Shown piece by piece: positions 63,735 to 64,000 of a DNA stretch of 64,000 nt. This DNA comes from Octopus sinensis (Eukaryota): the NCBI RefSeq assembly GCF_006345805.1, contig NC_043007.1:4650001-4714000 (forward strand), in the 5' to 3' direction. Every line of letters starts with the position of its first letter. Position 1 is the first letter of the stretch. Made by a program: the position numbers and the translations under genes. A model generated the notes under the pieces. It had not been told where the DNA came from, did no database searches, and saw nothing but the letters and a program-made list of their open reading frames with translations.

Positions 63735-63998
63735 TAAACCCTGACTGGACCCTTTGCCGGCGGCACGTAAAAATCACTATCTGAACGTGATCGATGCCAG
63801 GCTCGCCTGACTGGCTCTTGTGCTGGTGGCACATAAAAAGCACCCACTACACTCTCAGAGTGATTGGTATTAGGAAGGGCATCTAGCTGTAGAAACATTG
63901 CCAGATCATATTAGAGCCTGGTGCAGCCTTCTGGCTTACCATCCAACCCATGCCAGCATAGAAAACGGACATTAAACAATGATGATGATGATGATGAT
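63735..63998 (+). mobile_element. RTE 3'UTR fragment
   Basis: Two tandem units plus the terminal segment and (GAT)n tail. Confidence 0.75.
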
Positions 63999-64000
63999 AT

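Overview
AT-rich, microsatellite-dense animal genomic DNA. The repeat families (Deu/Nin-type and CORE-type tRNA SINEs, RTE 3' ends with (GAT)n tails, R4/Dong-type fragments) suggest an octopus or other cephalopod; this is inferred from recalled family motifs, not from a search. I find no confidently supported host protein-coding gene: most track ORFs are translated microsatellites or antisense shadows, and only weak exon candidates remain. The window is mostly nested transposable elements: three decayed Gypsy-type LTR remnants, CR1, RTE and R4/Dong-type LINE fragments, a Penelope-like GIY-YIG remnant, mariner, maT-like and hAT DNA elements, Helitron/Helentron-type non-autonomous elements, MITEs and many SINEs. 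The main signal is about 15 type I hammerhead ribozyme (HHR) motifs (intact, variant or decayed) in about seven sequence families or subfamilies. Most have a different but self-complementary stem III (AACGTT, ACGT, ACAATTGT, ACGATCGT, ACAGCTGT, ACCGAT[C/T]GGT), and several sit in Penelope-style inverted duplications. One family is a tRNA-headed, Pol III-type SINE carrying the hammerhead near its 3' end. PLE-associated minimal HHRs and the schistosome Sm-alpha repeat are precedents, so novelty would lie in this lineage, the diversity and the SINE-PLE partnership. Coordinates were read by hand (a few nt error possible); no folding, alignment or database searches were run.
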